Assembly (NCBI GenBank): GCA_044222475.1
Contig: JBGANF010000107.1
Span: 1 to 27,323 of the forward strand
Length of the DNA: 27,323 nt
From: Polyangiaceae bacterium
GTDB lineage: Bacteria > Myxococcota_A > Polyangia > Polyangiales > Polyangiaceae
Direction of reading: 5' to 3'
In this document: positions 15,789 to 24,411 of the stretch, in pieces
Position numbering within the stretch: position 1 is the first letter of the stretch
Layout of the letters: every line of letters starts with the position of its first letter
Made by a program: the position numbers and the translations under genes
Notes under the pieces: model-generated
Seen by the model: the letters and a program-made list of their open reading frames with translations, nothing else
What the model was told of the DNA's origin: nothing
The model's database searches: none

Positions 15789-18700
15789 TCACGCGTCGGC
15801 GAAGACTTCGTAGACGAGCTCCGCGACCTCGACCGGCTCGAGATCACCGAGGGTGACCGCCTTGCCGTCCACCTCGAAGCCGATGGCGACGTCGGTCGGG
15901 ACGTTGTTCACCATCGTGTAGCTCACCGAGAGCTCACCGCGCGTCGGTAGCGCTTTGCGATACGCGACCTTGCCTCCGCCGCCGCTCCAGCGGAACCCGC
16001 GCCGATTCAGTCGGTTGGTGACGTCGGCCGTGGTGGTGACCGGAGTCGGCCACGGGATCGAGTGCGCTGCGTGGTTGCCGACCTCGGGCAGGTTTCGGCC
16101 GAGCTGCGGGAACGGCTGCACGATCTCGTAGTCCTCGAAGATCGTGCGCCACGCCGCGAGCTCCTCCTTGTCCATTCTCAGGGGGTGCGGCACGTGGACG
16201 AGATCCGCGTCGGCGAGCGCGAACGGCTGATCCTTCGCATCCGCGAGGGATCCGTCTTCGGCGATGCGAAAGCGCGTCGCGTCGGTCGACCAGAGGACGC
16301 CGCGGGCCAAGTGCTTCACCAGGCGATCTTCCTGCCAGACGCGGCGAAAGCGCTCGCTGGTCCACGTGCGCCGCGACACCATCGCTCGCTCGAGCGCGCG
16401 CACGCGACGCATGCCGATGACCGTCATGTCCTCCTTGAGGTCGCGCCAGACGACCTTCGCGCGCTCGATGGTCTCTGCGTCGTCGTCCTTGCGCGCCGGC
16501 GGTAGGCCGCGCAGGCGCTCGCCCTTTTCACCGCGCACGTAGGGTGCGAGGTGCTCGTCGAAGCCGACCCGCAGCGTGCGCGAGCCGTACTCCAACGCGA
16601 GCGAAGCCTCGTCGTCGAGCTCGGTCGTCGGCGCGAGGTCCTCTTCGAGCTCGTCCTTGGTGACGCCGCGCAGGCTCGCGGCGGTGTCGAGCATCGTCTC
16701 GATGCGACCGGCGAGCGACCACTCGCCTTGCGCGTTCTGACGGCCGGCGATCGTCGCGAGCTCCATCAGCGCGGCGTCGGTCCCCATGATCTGGAGGGCT
16801 TCGACCGCGTAGTCGGTGCGGATCCCCGGCGTCATGCGCCGCGTGACCATCTCGTCGGCGAGGTGCACGAGCGACATGAGCATCCACTTCTCCTTCGCCT
16901 TCGCCCCACCGTGCTCCCACGCTCGCGCGAGATCCCACGAGAGCTCGGCGAGGGAGCGCTCGTCGCAGGCGTCCATGAGGATGCGCAGGCCGGCGTAGGG
17001 CGGATCGAGCGGGGTGAACGCCAGCATCTCCCCGATGCGCACCATGGCGGAGAGCGGGATGGCCTTGCCGTTCTTCAGCTTGGGGCGCGTGAAGGTCTCG
17101 GGCCGCCAGGAAGGCCCCATCGTGGGCGCCTTCTTCGGGCAGTCGAACAGCGGGTCCCACGCGAGGAGCGCGCCGAGCGCCTTCGCGACGTCCTTGCCGT
17201 AGGGCGCGGCCAGCGCGATCACGTCGACGCCGTTCCCAGCGAGGCGCAGCAAGGCGGACTCGCTGGCCGTGCGCTCCTCGCCTTCTTCGCCGAACGCGGC
17301 CGGCACGAGCCCGAGCACGGCGGAGGTCGCGTTCTTCTCCAGCCACTGCCACGCGACGACGCCGTGACGCTTGGAGGACACGAGCATCGCGACGCCCACT
17401 GCGATGCGCGGCGAGTCGATGACGAGGAGCTCCCTCGCGTCGCCCCATGCGTTGGCGAAATGGTGGCGCACGTAGTGGACGAGCCCGGGCAACGCGGCCT
17501 CCCCGAAGCGCGCCATCATGTGGCCGACGACGCGTGTCCCGTTGTCCATCTGGGCGGTGCCCTCGTTCCAGGCCGCGAGCGTGACCTCGGGCGGGAGGAT
17601 GGCGTTCTTCCACGCCCACGGGCCGACGTTCTTCTTCTGCGTCAGGTACTCGCGGAACTCCTGGATCTGCTCGGGCGAGGCGGCGGCCTTCCCGGCGAGT
17701 GATGCGCGCAAGCGAGCGAGGCACTTCTCCTTGTCGCCCTCGCGCCAGGCGATCCGCTCTGGTACCAAAATGGGATCGACGGAGAGCTTCGTGTTCGGGC
17801 GCTTCGGGCGCTTCGACTGCTCCCACGGCGGGTCCACGAGGATCTTGGGGAGATCGGCGAGGTCGGCCTCGTCCTCGGCCGGCGTCGCGCTCGATGCCGC
17901 GCGGGTGGCGGCGGCGAGGAACTCGGCGGCGACCTTGGCGGTCTTCGTCTTGCCCTTCGTGATGGGCCCGAACGCGGCGGCGGCGCGCTCGGGGTGGAGC
18001 GCGAAGTACGCCTGAACGAACGGGCGGACCTTCGTCTTCGCGACGAGCGAGGCGAGCCACGTCGCGACGCGCTCGTCGTCGAAGAGGGAGAGCGACTCGG
18101 CGGCGTACTTCAGGTCGTAGGGGTTCTTCGGCGCCGCGCCGACCTCGAGGAGGATCGGGAGCATGGCGTCGCCGAACGTCTCGACGAGCTCGAGGAACGA
18201 GCGGGCGTTCTCGCGCTCTTCGACGAGGCGCTTCGCGACCGCGAAGTCACGGACGATCGGGTAGAGGTAGTCGAGCGCGCGGTTCTTCTGGTCGAGCCAG
18301 AGCTTGCACACCTCGTTGGCCCAGTCGGCCTCCTCGAAGAACGCGTACGCGATGGTCGTCTTCTGGCCGATGTTGGCCGAGCTCCACGCTTTCTTCGCGA
18401 TCTCCCTGCACGCCGCGCGGTCTTCCTTGGAGACGCCGCGCAAGATGGTGCGCCACTCGGCGTCCATGGCTCGCGCGTCGGGTGCGGCCGCGATGAGGTG
18501 CTGCGGGCGACCGAGCGTGAAATCGCGCGAGCGGAGCGCGACCTTGAACGCGAACGGAAACCCCTTCTGGGCTGCGATGAAGTCGATGACCTGACGCCGC
18601 GAAGCGAGGTAGCCGAGGCATGTGATCAGCGCGGCGGCGGCGTCGACGTCGTCGATCTCGGGCGGGGTCTCGGAGCGGATGAGCTTCTCCGCCGCCTCCA

Positions 18701-18902
18701 TGCGCTTCGCGTTGTCTTCCGTGGCCTGGCCGCGGTGGGTGACGAAGTTGACCGCGATCGGATCCCAGTTGGCGCGCGGCTTGAGCCTCGCGAGGATCTC
18801 CTTCCACGCCTTGTCGAGCTTGGGCAGCCGCGGCTTCGCGGCGTCCTCGAAGCTGCGCGGCAAGAGCCCCTTCCGCGCCTCGTCGGTCCACTGGAGTGTC
18901 AT
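15789..18902 (-). CDS. DUF4132 domain-containing protein (YehI/MolR-like, 1037 aa)
   Basis: The C-terminal DUF4132 (~16095-16670) reads GVTKDELEEDLAP...LEYGSR...LERAMVSRRTW...HLARGVLW...FRIAEDGSL...PHPL...WRTIFEDYEIVQPFPQLGR. LPKILVDPPW and SLAELSWDLARAW...W segments are also typical of YehI-like proteins. Confidence 0.85.
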   Translation of the reverse strand: MTLQWTDEARKGLLPRSFEDAAKPRLPKLDKAWKEILARLKPRANWDPIAVNFVTHRGQATEDNAKRMEAAEKLIRSETPPEIDDVDAAAALITCLGYLASRRQVIDFIAAQKGFPFAFKVALRSRDFTLGRPQHLIAAAPDARAMDAEWRTILRGVSKEDRAACREIAKKAWSSANIGQKTTIAYAFFEEADWANEVCKLWLDQKNRALDYLYPIVRDFAVAKRLVEERENARSFLELVETFGDAMLPILLEVGAAPKNPYDLKYAAESLSLFDDERVATWLASLVAKTKVRPFVQAYFALHPERAAAAFGPITKGKTKTAKVAAEFLAAATRAASSATPAEDEADLADLPKILVDPPWEQSKRPKRPNTKLSVDPILVPERIAWREGDKEKCLARLRASLAGKAAASPEQIQEFREYLTQKKNVGPWAWKNAILPPEVTLAAWNEGTAQMDNGTRVVGHMMARFGEAALPGLVHYVRHHFANAWGDARELLVIDSPRIAVGVAMLVSSKRHGVVAWQWLEKNATSAVLGLVPAAFGEEGEERTASESALLRLAGNGVDVIALAAPYGKDVAKALGALLAWDPLFDCPKKAPTMGPSWRPETFTRPKLKNGKAIPLSAMVRIGEMLAFTPLDPPYAGLRILMDACDERSLAELSWDLARAWEHGGAKAKEKWMLMSLVHLADEMVTRRMTPGIRTDYAVEALQIMGTDAALMELATIAGRQNAQGEWSLAGRIETMLDTAASLRGVTKDELEEDLAPTTELDDEASLALEYGSRTLRVGFDEHLAPYVRGEKGERLRGLPPARKDDDAETIERAKVVWRDLKEDMTVIGMRRVRALERAMVSRRTWTSERFRRVWQEDRLVKHLARGVLWSTDATRFRIAEDGSLADAKDQPFALADADLVHVPHPLRMDKEELAAWRTIFEDYEIVQPFPQLGRNLPEVGNHAAHSIPWPTPVTTTADVTNRLNRRGFRWSGGGGKVAYRKALPTRGELSVSYTMVNNVPTDVAIGFEVDGKAVTLGDLEPVEVAELVYEVFADA

Positions 18903-18937
18903 CGCGGATGGAACGATACCGCAACCACCGGCGCGGC

Positions 18938-21001
18938 CTAGGGGCGGACGCCGACCGTCGCGTACAGCGACTTCGAGTCGTAGGCGACGCCTCCGCGGAC
19001 CGTCGTGACGACCTTGGCCACGTCACCGATCTGCGCGAGTGGGTCGCCGTCGACGATGAACAGATCGGCGCGCTTGCCGACCGCGATCGAGCCGGTCTGC
19101 TTGTCCTTCTTCATCAGGCGGGCAGGCTCGATCGTCGCGGCGCGCAGCGCGTCGGCCGGAGAGAGACCCGCGCGGACGAACAGCGACAGCTCGTGGTGGA
19201 CCATGAGGCCCGAGATCGAGTCGGTCCCGATGACGAGCGGGATCTTCGAGTCGTGGAGGAGCTTCACCATCGCGAGGAGCTTCTCGAACGAGGCGAGGTA
19301 GGTCTTGTGCTTCTCCGCGTCGATCGGGAGCCCGCCCTCGAGGAAGCTGCGTTGGATCTGGGCGGGGAGGCGAGCGGCGATGCCTTCGAGACCGGGGATC
19401 ACCTTGCCCTGCTCGCCGCAGAGCAGGTCCTCGAACGCGTCGATCGTGGGATCGATCACCGTGTGGCGCTCCTTCAGAAGCGCGACGAAATCGGTCACCG
19501 GCTTGCTCTTCAGATCGAACGCGGCCGCCTTGTCCCCGACGAGGGTGAAGCGCATCGTCGTGCGCGTGTCGGTGTCGTGGTCGGCGAAGAAGTTCAGGAA
19601 GAGCATGTTCACGTGCTCGATGCCGTCGTATCCGGCACGCACCGCTTCGTTCGCGAGCATGTGGACCGGGATGTGACCGGTGACCATCAAGCCTTTCGCG
19701 TGCGCCTCCTTGGTCAAGATCGGCACCAGCTCGGGCTTCACCGAGTTGTAGATCTTGATCCCGTCGTAGCCGCGCTTCGCGAAGAGCTCGACCGCGGCCT
19801 TGGCTTCGGCCTCGGTCTCGGCGGTGACCTTGCTCGACGCGGCCTTTTCGTTGCGGCCCTCGATGAAGCCGAAGCGAACGACGCTCGGGCCGACGGCGGA
19901 GCCGTCGTCGTAGCGTGCTTTCCAGTCGTCGAGCTTGTCGGGGTCGTTGCCGACGTCGCGGACGTTCGTGACGCCCGAGGCGACGTACATCACGCCCGAG
20001 TCGTCGCCGAGGTGCGCGTGCATGTCCCAGAGCCCCGGCAGGATCGCCTTGCCCTTCAGATCGACCAGGTCGACACCGGCAGGCGGGTTGATCGACGACG
20101 TCGGGCCGACCTTCGTGATCACGCCGTCCTTCACGATCACCGTCTGGTCCGGGAGCCACGCGCCGCGCTCCACGTCGAGCACGCGCGCGTGAACCCACGC
20201 GATGCCGGCCGCGGCCGGGCGCCGCGCGAGGCTCTGAGCGACGTCCTTGTCGCGCTTCTTGTCCAGCTCGTTCTGTTTGTCGATGAGCGGCTGAATCACT
20301 CCCTCGTACCCTTCTGGGACGACGGACCACCACGGCGACACCACGCCGAAGTACGAGCCGTCCGTGTTCATCCAGACTCGAGTCGGGGTCAGCTCGAGAC
20401 CGGTGATCGCGTACCCGACGAGCGTCACGGTCTTGCCGGCGGCGCTCACGGTCGCCTCGCCGGTCTTCTCGAGGTGGGCCTCGCCGGCGGGGAGCAGCGG
20501 CATCGTCCCACCCGCCTTGACGAGGGCTTGCACGAGCAGGCCGACGGCATCGGGAAGCTCGGCGAAGGGGTAGAAGAACACCGGGCCCGCGAGGTCGCGC
20601 TCGCCGTTCTCTTCGAGGCCCGCCCACTTCGCGTGCACGCCCTTGCGAGAAAAGCTCTCCTTCACCGGGGTGCCCATCGTGTGGTGACCGGTCGCATCGA
20701 ACGAGTCGATGGTGCCGTCGGCGGCGACGTGCAGGGTTGCGTCGGTGTGCGGGCCGCGACCGTTCTCGAGGACGTCGAGGGTGACCGCCATCGTCCCATC
20801 GTGGGATGCCGTGGTGACGCTCGTCCCGGACTTGCGCCCGAGCGACACCACGACCCTCCGGGTGACGAGAGGCGGAGCGGGCGGCGACGCGACGCTCGCG
20901 GACGGTGCCGACGACACCGTGAGGACCGGCGGCTTCGCCGGCTCACCCCCTCCACCGCACGCGGCCAGAACGACGATCATCGCGGGGGAGAGCTTTCGCA
21001 T
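18938..21001 (-). CDS. Amidohydrolase-family lipoprotein (687 aa)
   Basis: Lipobox VVLAAC. Metal-binding motifs PGLWDMHAH (HxH), GIKIY (Lys), VTGHIP, GIEHVN and IGTDS. C-terminal GSIAVGKRADLFIVDGDPL. Confidence 0.9.
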   Translation of the reverse strand: MRKLSPAMIVVLAACGGGGEPAKPPVLTVSSAPSASVASPPAPPLVTRRVVVSLGRKSGTSVTTASHDGTMAVTLDVLENGRGPHTDATLHVAADGTIDSFDATGHHTMGTPVKESFSRKGVHAKWAGLEENGERDLAGPVFFYPFAELPDAVGLLVQALVKAGGTMPLLPAGEAHLEKTGEATVSAAGKTVTLVGYAITGLELTPTRVWMNTDGSYFGVVSPWWSVVPEGYEGVIQPLIDKQNELDKKRDKDVAQSLARRPAAAGIAWVHARVLDVERGAWLPDQTVIVKDGVITKVGPTSSINPPAGVDLVDLKGKAILPGLWDMHAHLGDDSGVMYVASGVTNVRDVGNDPDKLDDWKARYDDGSAVGPSVVRFGFIEGRNEKAASSKVTAETEAEAKAAVELFAKRGYDGIKIYNSVKPELVPILTKEAHAKGLMVTGHIPVHMLANEAVRAGYDGIEHVNMLFLNFFADHDTDTRTTMRFTLVGDKAAAFDLKSKPVTDFVALLKERHTVIDPTIDAFEDLLCGEQGKVIPGLEGIAARLPAQIQRSFLEGGLPIDAEKHKTYLASFEKLLAMVKLLHDSKIPLVIGTDSISGLMVHHELSLFVRAGLSPADALRAATIEPARLMKKDKQTGSIAVGKRADLFIVDGDPLAQIGDVAKVVTTVRGGVAYDSKSLYATVGVRP

Positions 21002-21008
21002 GGGCGGG

Positions 21009-21016
21009 AGTATATT
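21009..21016. promoter_or_regulatory. Overlapping divergent -10 elements in a 23-bp intergenic gap
   Basis: Minus-strand TATACT (21009-21014) is 7 nt before the ATG at 21001. Plus-strand TATATT (21011-21016) is 8 nt before the ATG at 21025. Confidence 0.55.
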
Positions 21017-21024
21017 CGCCTCCG

Positions 21025-21849
21025 ATGGGCTCGAGCGAGCGGCGCGTCGTCGTCGTCACCGGAGGATCGCGCGGGCTGGGCCGCGGGCTGTGCGAGGCGT
21101 TTTTGGCTCGCGGGTCCGAGGTCGTTCTTTGCGGACGCGGGGCGGCCGCGGTGCACGGCGCAGCGGCGGAGATGGGCGAAGACGGCAAGCGCGGGCGCGT
21201 CCTCGGCGTCGTCGCCGACGTCGCGCGCTACGACGACGTGCTCCGCGTGTGGGAGTGCGCGGTCGAGCGCTTCGGACGGGTCGACGTGTGGATCAACAAC
21301 GCCGGTGCGAGCAACGCTCAACGCGCGTTTCAGGATCTTCCGGCGAGCGCCATCGAGGACGTCGTCGGCGCGAACCTCGTCGGCACGATGAACGGAGTCC
21401 ACGTCGCGCTGACCGGGATGCGGAAGCAGGGCCACGGCCACGTCTTCACGATGGAGGGCTACGGAAGCGACGGCGCGATGCAGCCCGGGATGGCCATCTA
21501 CGGCGCGACGAAGAGCGCGATTCGCTACTTCACGCGCTCGGTCGTGAACGAAACGCGCGGAGGTGCGGTGAAGGTCGGGAGCTTGAGCCCGGGGATCGTC
21601 GTCACCGATCTCTTGGTCGACGTGTACGCCAAGGGCGATCCTTCGAACTGGAAGAAGCAGCGCTTCCTCTTCGAGCTCATCGCCGACCGCGTCGAGGACG
21701 TCGCGCCGTGGCTCGTCGACCGAGTGCTCGCGGGGCCGAAGCACGGCGAGCACGTGGCGTGGATGACGGTGACGAAGGCGCTCCTGAGAGCGCTGCAGCC
21801 GCGCTACTACCGGCGAAAGCTCTTCGGCGGTCGACTCCCGTCGACGTGA
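21025..21849 (+). CDS. SDR oxidoreductase (NOL/NYC1 chlorophyll-b-reductase-like subfamily)
   Basis: TGGSRGLG, VDVWINNAG and YGATK (YxxxK), plus the subfamily-like segments VFTMEGYGSDG and LSPGIVVTDLL. Confidence 0.88.
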   Translation: MGSSERRVVVVTGGSRGLGRGLCEAFLARGSEVVLCGRGAAAVHGAAAEMGEDGKRGRVLGVVADVARYDDVLRVWECAVERFGRVDVWINNAGASNAQRAFQDLPASAIEDVVGANLVGTMNGVHVALTGMRKQGHGHVFTMEGYGSDGAMQPGMAIYGATKSAIRYFTRSVVNETRGGAVKVGSLSPGIVVTDLLVDVYAKGDPSNWKKQRFLFELIADRVEDVAPWLVDRVLAGPKHGEHVAWMTVTKALLRALQPRYYRRKLFGGRLPST

Positions 21850-21870
21850 TGTCGAACGTAGGGGCTCCCG

Positions 21871-21936
21871 GAGAGAGAGAGAACAGGAAGGGCGGAAGAA
21901 CGGAAGGATTTTGGGGAGGTCCTGACGCTTGCGTCA
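21871..21936. repeat. Purine-rich intergenic element: (GA)6, three GGAAG at 8-nt period, and a short palindrome
   Basis: GAGAGAGAGAGA at 21871-21882, GGAAG at 21886, 21894 and 21902, and TGACGC-TT-GCGTCA at 21923-21936. Confidence 0.55.
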
Positions 21937-21980
21937 TGGCGACGAGCTGGCCGTGCGGCGGCGTCGGGACGATCACGCGT

Positions 21981-22421
21981 TCACTTCTCGGGCGGGGCGA
22001 CGGCCTCGATCCGCGTGCTGGCGCGGCGGCCGTAGCCGGAGATCTCGCGGACGACGTCCATCGCGGTGAGGATGCCGACGAGGCCGCCTTCGGCGTCGAC
22101 GACGACGACGCGGTGCACTCCCTCGAACGCCATGAGCTTCACCGCGGCGGAGAACGGCTCGTCGGCGCGCACGGAGTGGACCTCGCGCACCATCGCCTCT
22201 TCGACGCTGTGGTCGAGCTGGTTCTTCGCGACGAACTCGGCGATGTCGCTCTTCGAGAGCATCCCGAGCACCTTGCGCTGGCGGTCGCACACCGGCGCGC
22301 CGCTGATGTCGCGGTCGCCGAACAACTTCGCGGCCTCGGCGAGCGACTGATCGCGCGCGAGCGAGTACACGATGGGAGCCATCACGTCGCGCACCCGAGA
22401 GGCCTCGAGATTGAGCTTCAT
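21981..22421 (-). CDS. CBS domain pair protein (146 aa)
   Basis: RVRDVM...ISGAPV...VLGMLSKSDI and VEEAM...GVHRVVVVDAEGGLVGILTAMDVV are two CBS repeats. TATGAT lies 6 nt upstream of the ATG. Confidence 0.9.
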   Translation of the reverse strand: MKLNLEASRVRDVMAPIVYSLARDQSLAEAAKLFGDRDISGAPVCDRQRKVLGMLSKSDIAEFVAKNQLDHSVEEAMVREVHSVRADEPFSAAVKLMAFEGVHRVVVVDAEGGLVGILTAMDVVREISGYGRRASTRIEAVAPPEK

Positions 22422-22455
22422 GCGTGAATCATACACGCCCCGGGGAAGAGGCGGG

Positions 22456-22536
22456 TGCACGGGGCGGGACTTGAACCCGCACGCCTCGCGGCGGTGGAAC
22501 CTAAATCCACTGCGTCTGCCATTTCGCCACCCGTGC
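22456..22536 (-). tRNA. tRNA-Leu (anticodon TAG)
   Basis: The reverse complement is GCACGGGTGGCGAAATGGCAGACGCAGTGGATTTAGGTTCCACCGCCGCGAGGCGTGCGGGTTCAAGTCCCGCCCCGTGCA. It has a 7-bp acceptor stem GCACGGG/CCCGTGC, anticodon arm GTGGA-TTTAGGT-TCCAC, a long variable arm, GGTTCAAGTCC T-arm and discriminator A. Confidence 0.95.
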
Positions 22537-22580
22537 GCTGTGGCTAGATGTAGCAACGCCGTTCTGGTACCGCCAGCTTC

Positions 22581-23420
22581 GTGAAACGGTCCAAACAGTG
22601 GTTTCGCGGGAAAACGGCCCTCGTCACCGGGGCGGCCAGCGGCATCGGGCGGGCGACCGCGCTGCTCCTCGCCGACCGCGGCGCGCATCTGATCCTCTGC
22701 GATCTCGACGGTGACGGATTGCGCAGCGTCGAGCGCGACTGCGCCCGCCGCTCCGACGTGATCCTGGCGGAGAAGCTCGACGTCGCCGCCCGCGCCGACT
22801 ACGCGGAGTTCGCCGCGCGCGTCCACGCCAAGGTCGACGCGGTCGACGTGCTGGTCAACAACGCCGGCGTCGGCCTGTCCGGCGGGGTGCTCGACACCCC
22901 GCTCGAGGACTTCGACTGGGTGCTCTCGATCAACCTCGGCGGGGTCATCCACGGCTGCCACTTCTTCTGTCCCAAAATGGTATCGGCGCGACGCGGCGGC
23001 CACGTCGTCAACGTGTCGTCGGTGCTCGGCTTCTTCGCCACGCCCGACACGCTGGGGTACTCGACCGCGAAGTTCGGGGTCTTCGGCTTCTCCGAGGCGA
23101 TGCGCGGCGAGCTGCGGCCGCACGGCATCGGCGTCTCGACGATCTGCCCCGGCGTCACCAACACGCCGATCGTGAAGACGGGCCGCTACCGGACCTCGGG
23201 CGACACGGAGAAGATCCGGGAGCGCACCATGAACGGGTTCGCCCGCTTCGGTCGCGCGCCGGAGATGGTCGCGCACGCGATCGAGCGAGCCGTGATCGAA
23301 GGCCGCGACGTCGTGCCGGCGGCGCCGGAAGCGTGGGCGTTCTGGTACGCGAAGCGCTGGCTTCCGAAGACGTTCGAGCGCACGGCGAGCTGGCTGGCGG
23401 CCCGCGCGAAGGCGCGGTAG
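22581..23420 (+). CDS. SDR family NAD(P)-dependent oxidoreductase (279 aa)
   Basis: [32 protein letters not shown] and ICPG. GTG start. Confidence 0.9.
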   Translation: MKRSKQWFRGKTALVTGAASGIGRATALLLADRGAHLILCDLDGDGLRSVERDCARRSDVILAEKLDVAARADYAEFAARVHAKVDAVDVLVNNAGVGLSGGVLDTPLEDFDWVLSINLGGVIHGCHFFCPKMVSARRGGHVVNVSSVLGFFATPDTLGYSTAKFGVFGFSEAMRGELRPHGIGVSTICPGVTNTPIVKTGRYRTSGDTEKIRERTMNGFARFGRAPEMVAHAIERAVIEGRDVVPAAPEAWAFWYAKRWLPKTFERTASWLAARAKAR

Positions 23421-23430
23421 GTTGCCCGCC

Positions 23431-24411
23431 ATGGTCGACGCGGCCGTCCTTCGTGAGCTCCTCCCCCGCACCCTCGAGGGCACGAATTTCGCCGCCCTCG
23501 GCGCTCGCTACGAGGGCAAGGTCCGCGACAACTACTCCACCAAGGACGGCCGGCGCTTCCTGGTCGTGACCGATCGCATCAGCGCGTTCGATCACGTGCT
23601 CGGCACCATCCCGCTCAAGGGCCAAGTCCTCAACGGCATGGCCGCTTGGTGGTTCGAGAACACGAAGCACGTCGTCCCCAACCACGTCATCGCCGTGCCC
23701 GACCCGAACGTCCTCGAGTGCGTCGACTGCGAGCCGCTCCTCGTCGAGATGGTCGTCCGGTCGTACCTCACTGGGACGACATCGACGTCGATCTGGACGC
23801 ACTACGAAAAGGGGTCGCGCTCGTTCTGCGGCCACGCGCTGCCCGACGGGATGAAGAAGCACCAGAAGCTGCCCGCGCCGATCCTCACGCCCGCGACGAA
23901 GGCTCCCAAGGGCGAGCACGACATCTCCGGATCGCGCGAGGACATCCTCGCGACCGGCAACGTCACCGCCGCCGATTTCGACGCCGCGGCGGTGCTCGCG
24001 ATGAAGCTCTTCGCTGCCGGCCAAGCGCTCGCGGCCGAGCGCGGCTTGATCCTGGTCGACACCAAGTACGAGTTCGGAAAGACCAAGGACGGTCGCATCA
24101 TCGTCATCGACGAGATCCACACGCCCGACTCGTCGCGGTACTGGATGAAGGACTCGTACGAGGCGCGCTTCGCCGCCGGCCAAGATCCCGATCCGCTCGA
24201 CAAGGACTTCGTGCGCCGGCACTACCTGACGATCGGCTACAAGGGCGACGGTCCGCCGCCGCCCATGCCGGACGACGTGCGCGTCGGCGCGGCGCAGCGC
24301 TACATCGAAGCCTACGAGCGCATCACCGGTCAGTCGTTCGTTCCCAACACCGAGGACCCGTTGCCCCGCATCGAGCGGAACCTCGGCATCGCGAAGGAGA
24401 AGCGGTCGTGA
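23431..24411 (+). CDS. purC: Phosphoribosylaminoimidazole-succinocarboxamide (SAICAR) synthase
   Basis: [58 protein letters not shown] and LDKDFVR. Confidence 0.95.
   Translation: MVDAAVLRELLPRTLEGTNFAALGARYEGKVRDNYSTKDGRRFLVVTDRISAFDHVLGTIPLKGQVLNGMAAWWFENTKHVVPNHVIAVPDPNVLECVDCEPLLVEMVVRSYLTGTTSTSIWTHYEKGSRSFCGHALPDGMKKHQKLPAPILTPATKAPKGEHDISGSREDILATGNVTAADFDAAAVLAMKLFAAGQALAAERGLILVDTKYEFGKTKDGRIIVIDEIHTPDSSRYWMKDSYEARFAAGQDPDPLDKDFVRRHYLTIGYKGDGPPPPMPDDVRVGAAQRYIEAYERITGQSFVPNTEDPLPRIERNLGIAKEKRS

Noticed and set aside
21677..21976. 99-aa minus-strand ORF across the purine-rich intergenic region
   Set aside because: It overlaps the SDR gene antisense, has no recognisable motif, and its composition is explained by the repeat tract.
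1..22536. Genomic island or prophage bounded by tRNA-Leu and the DnaB-like ORF
   Set aside because: No integrase, phage structural genes or direct repeat of the tRNA 3' end were seen, and the intervening genes have host-like codon usage.
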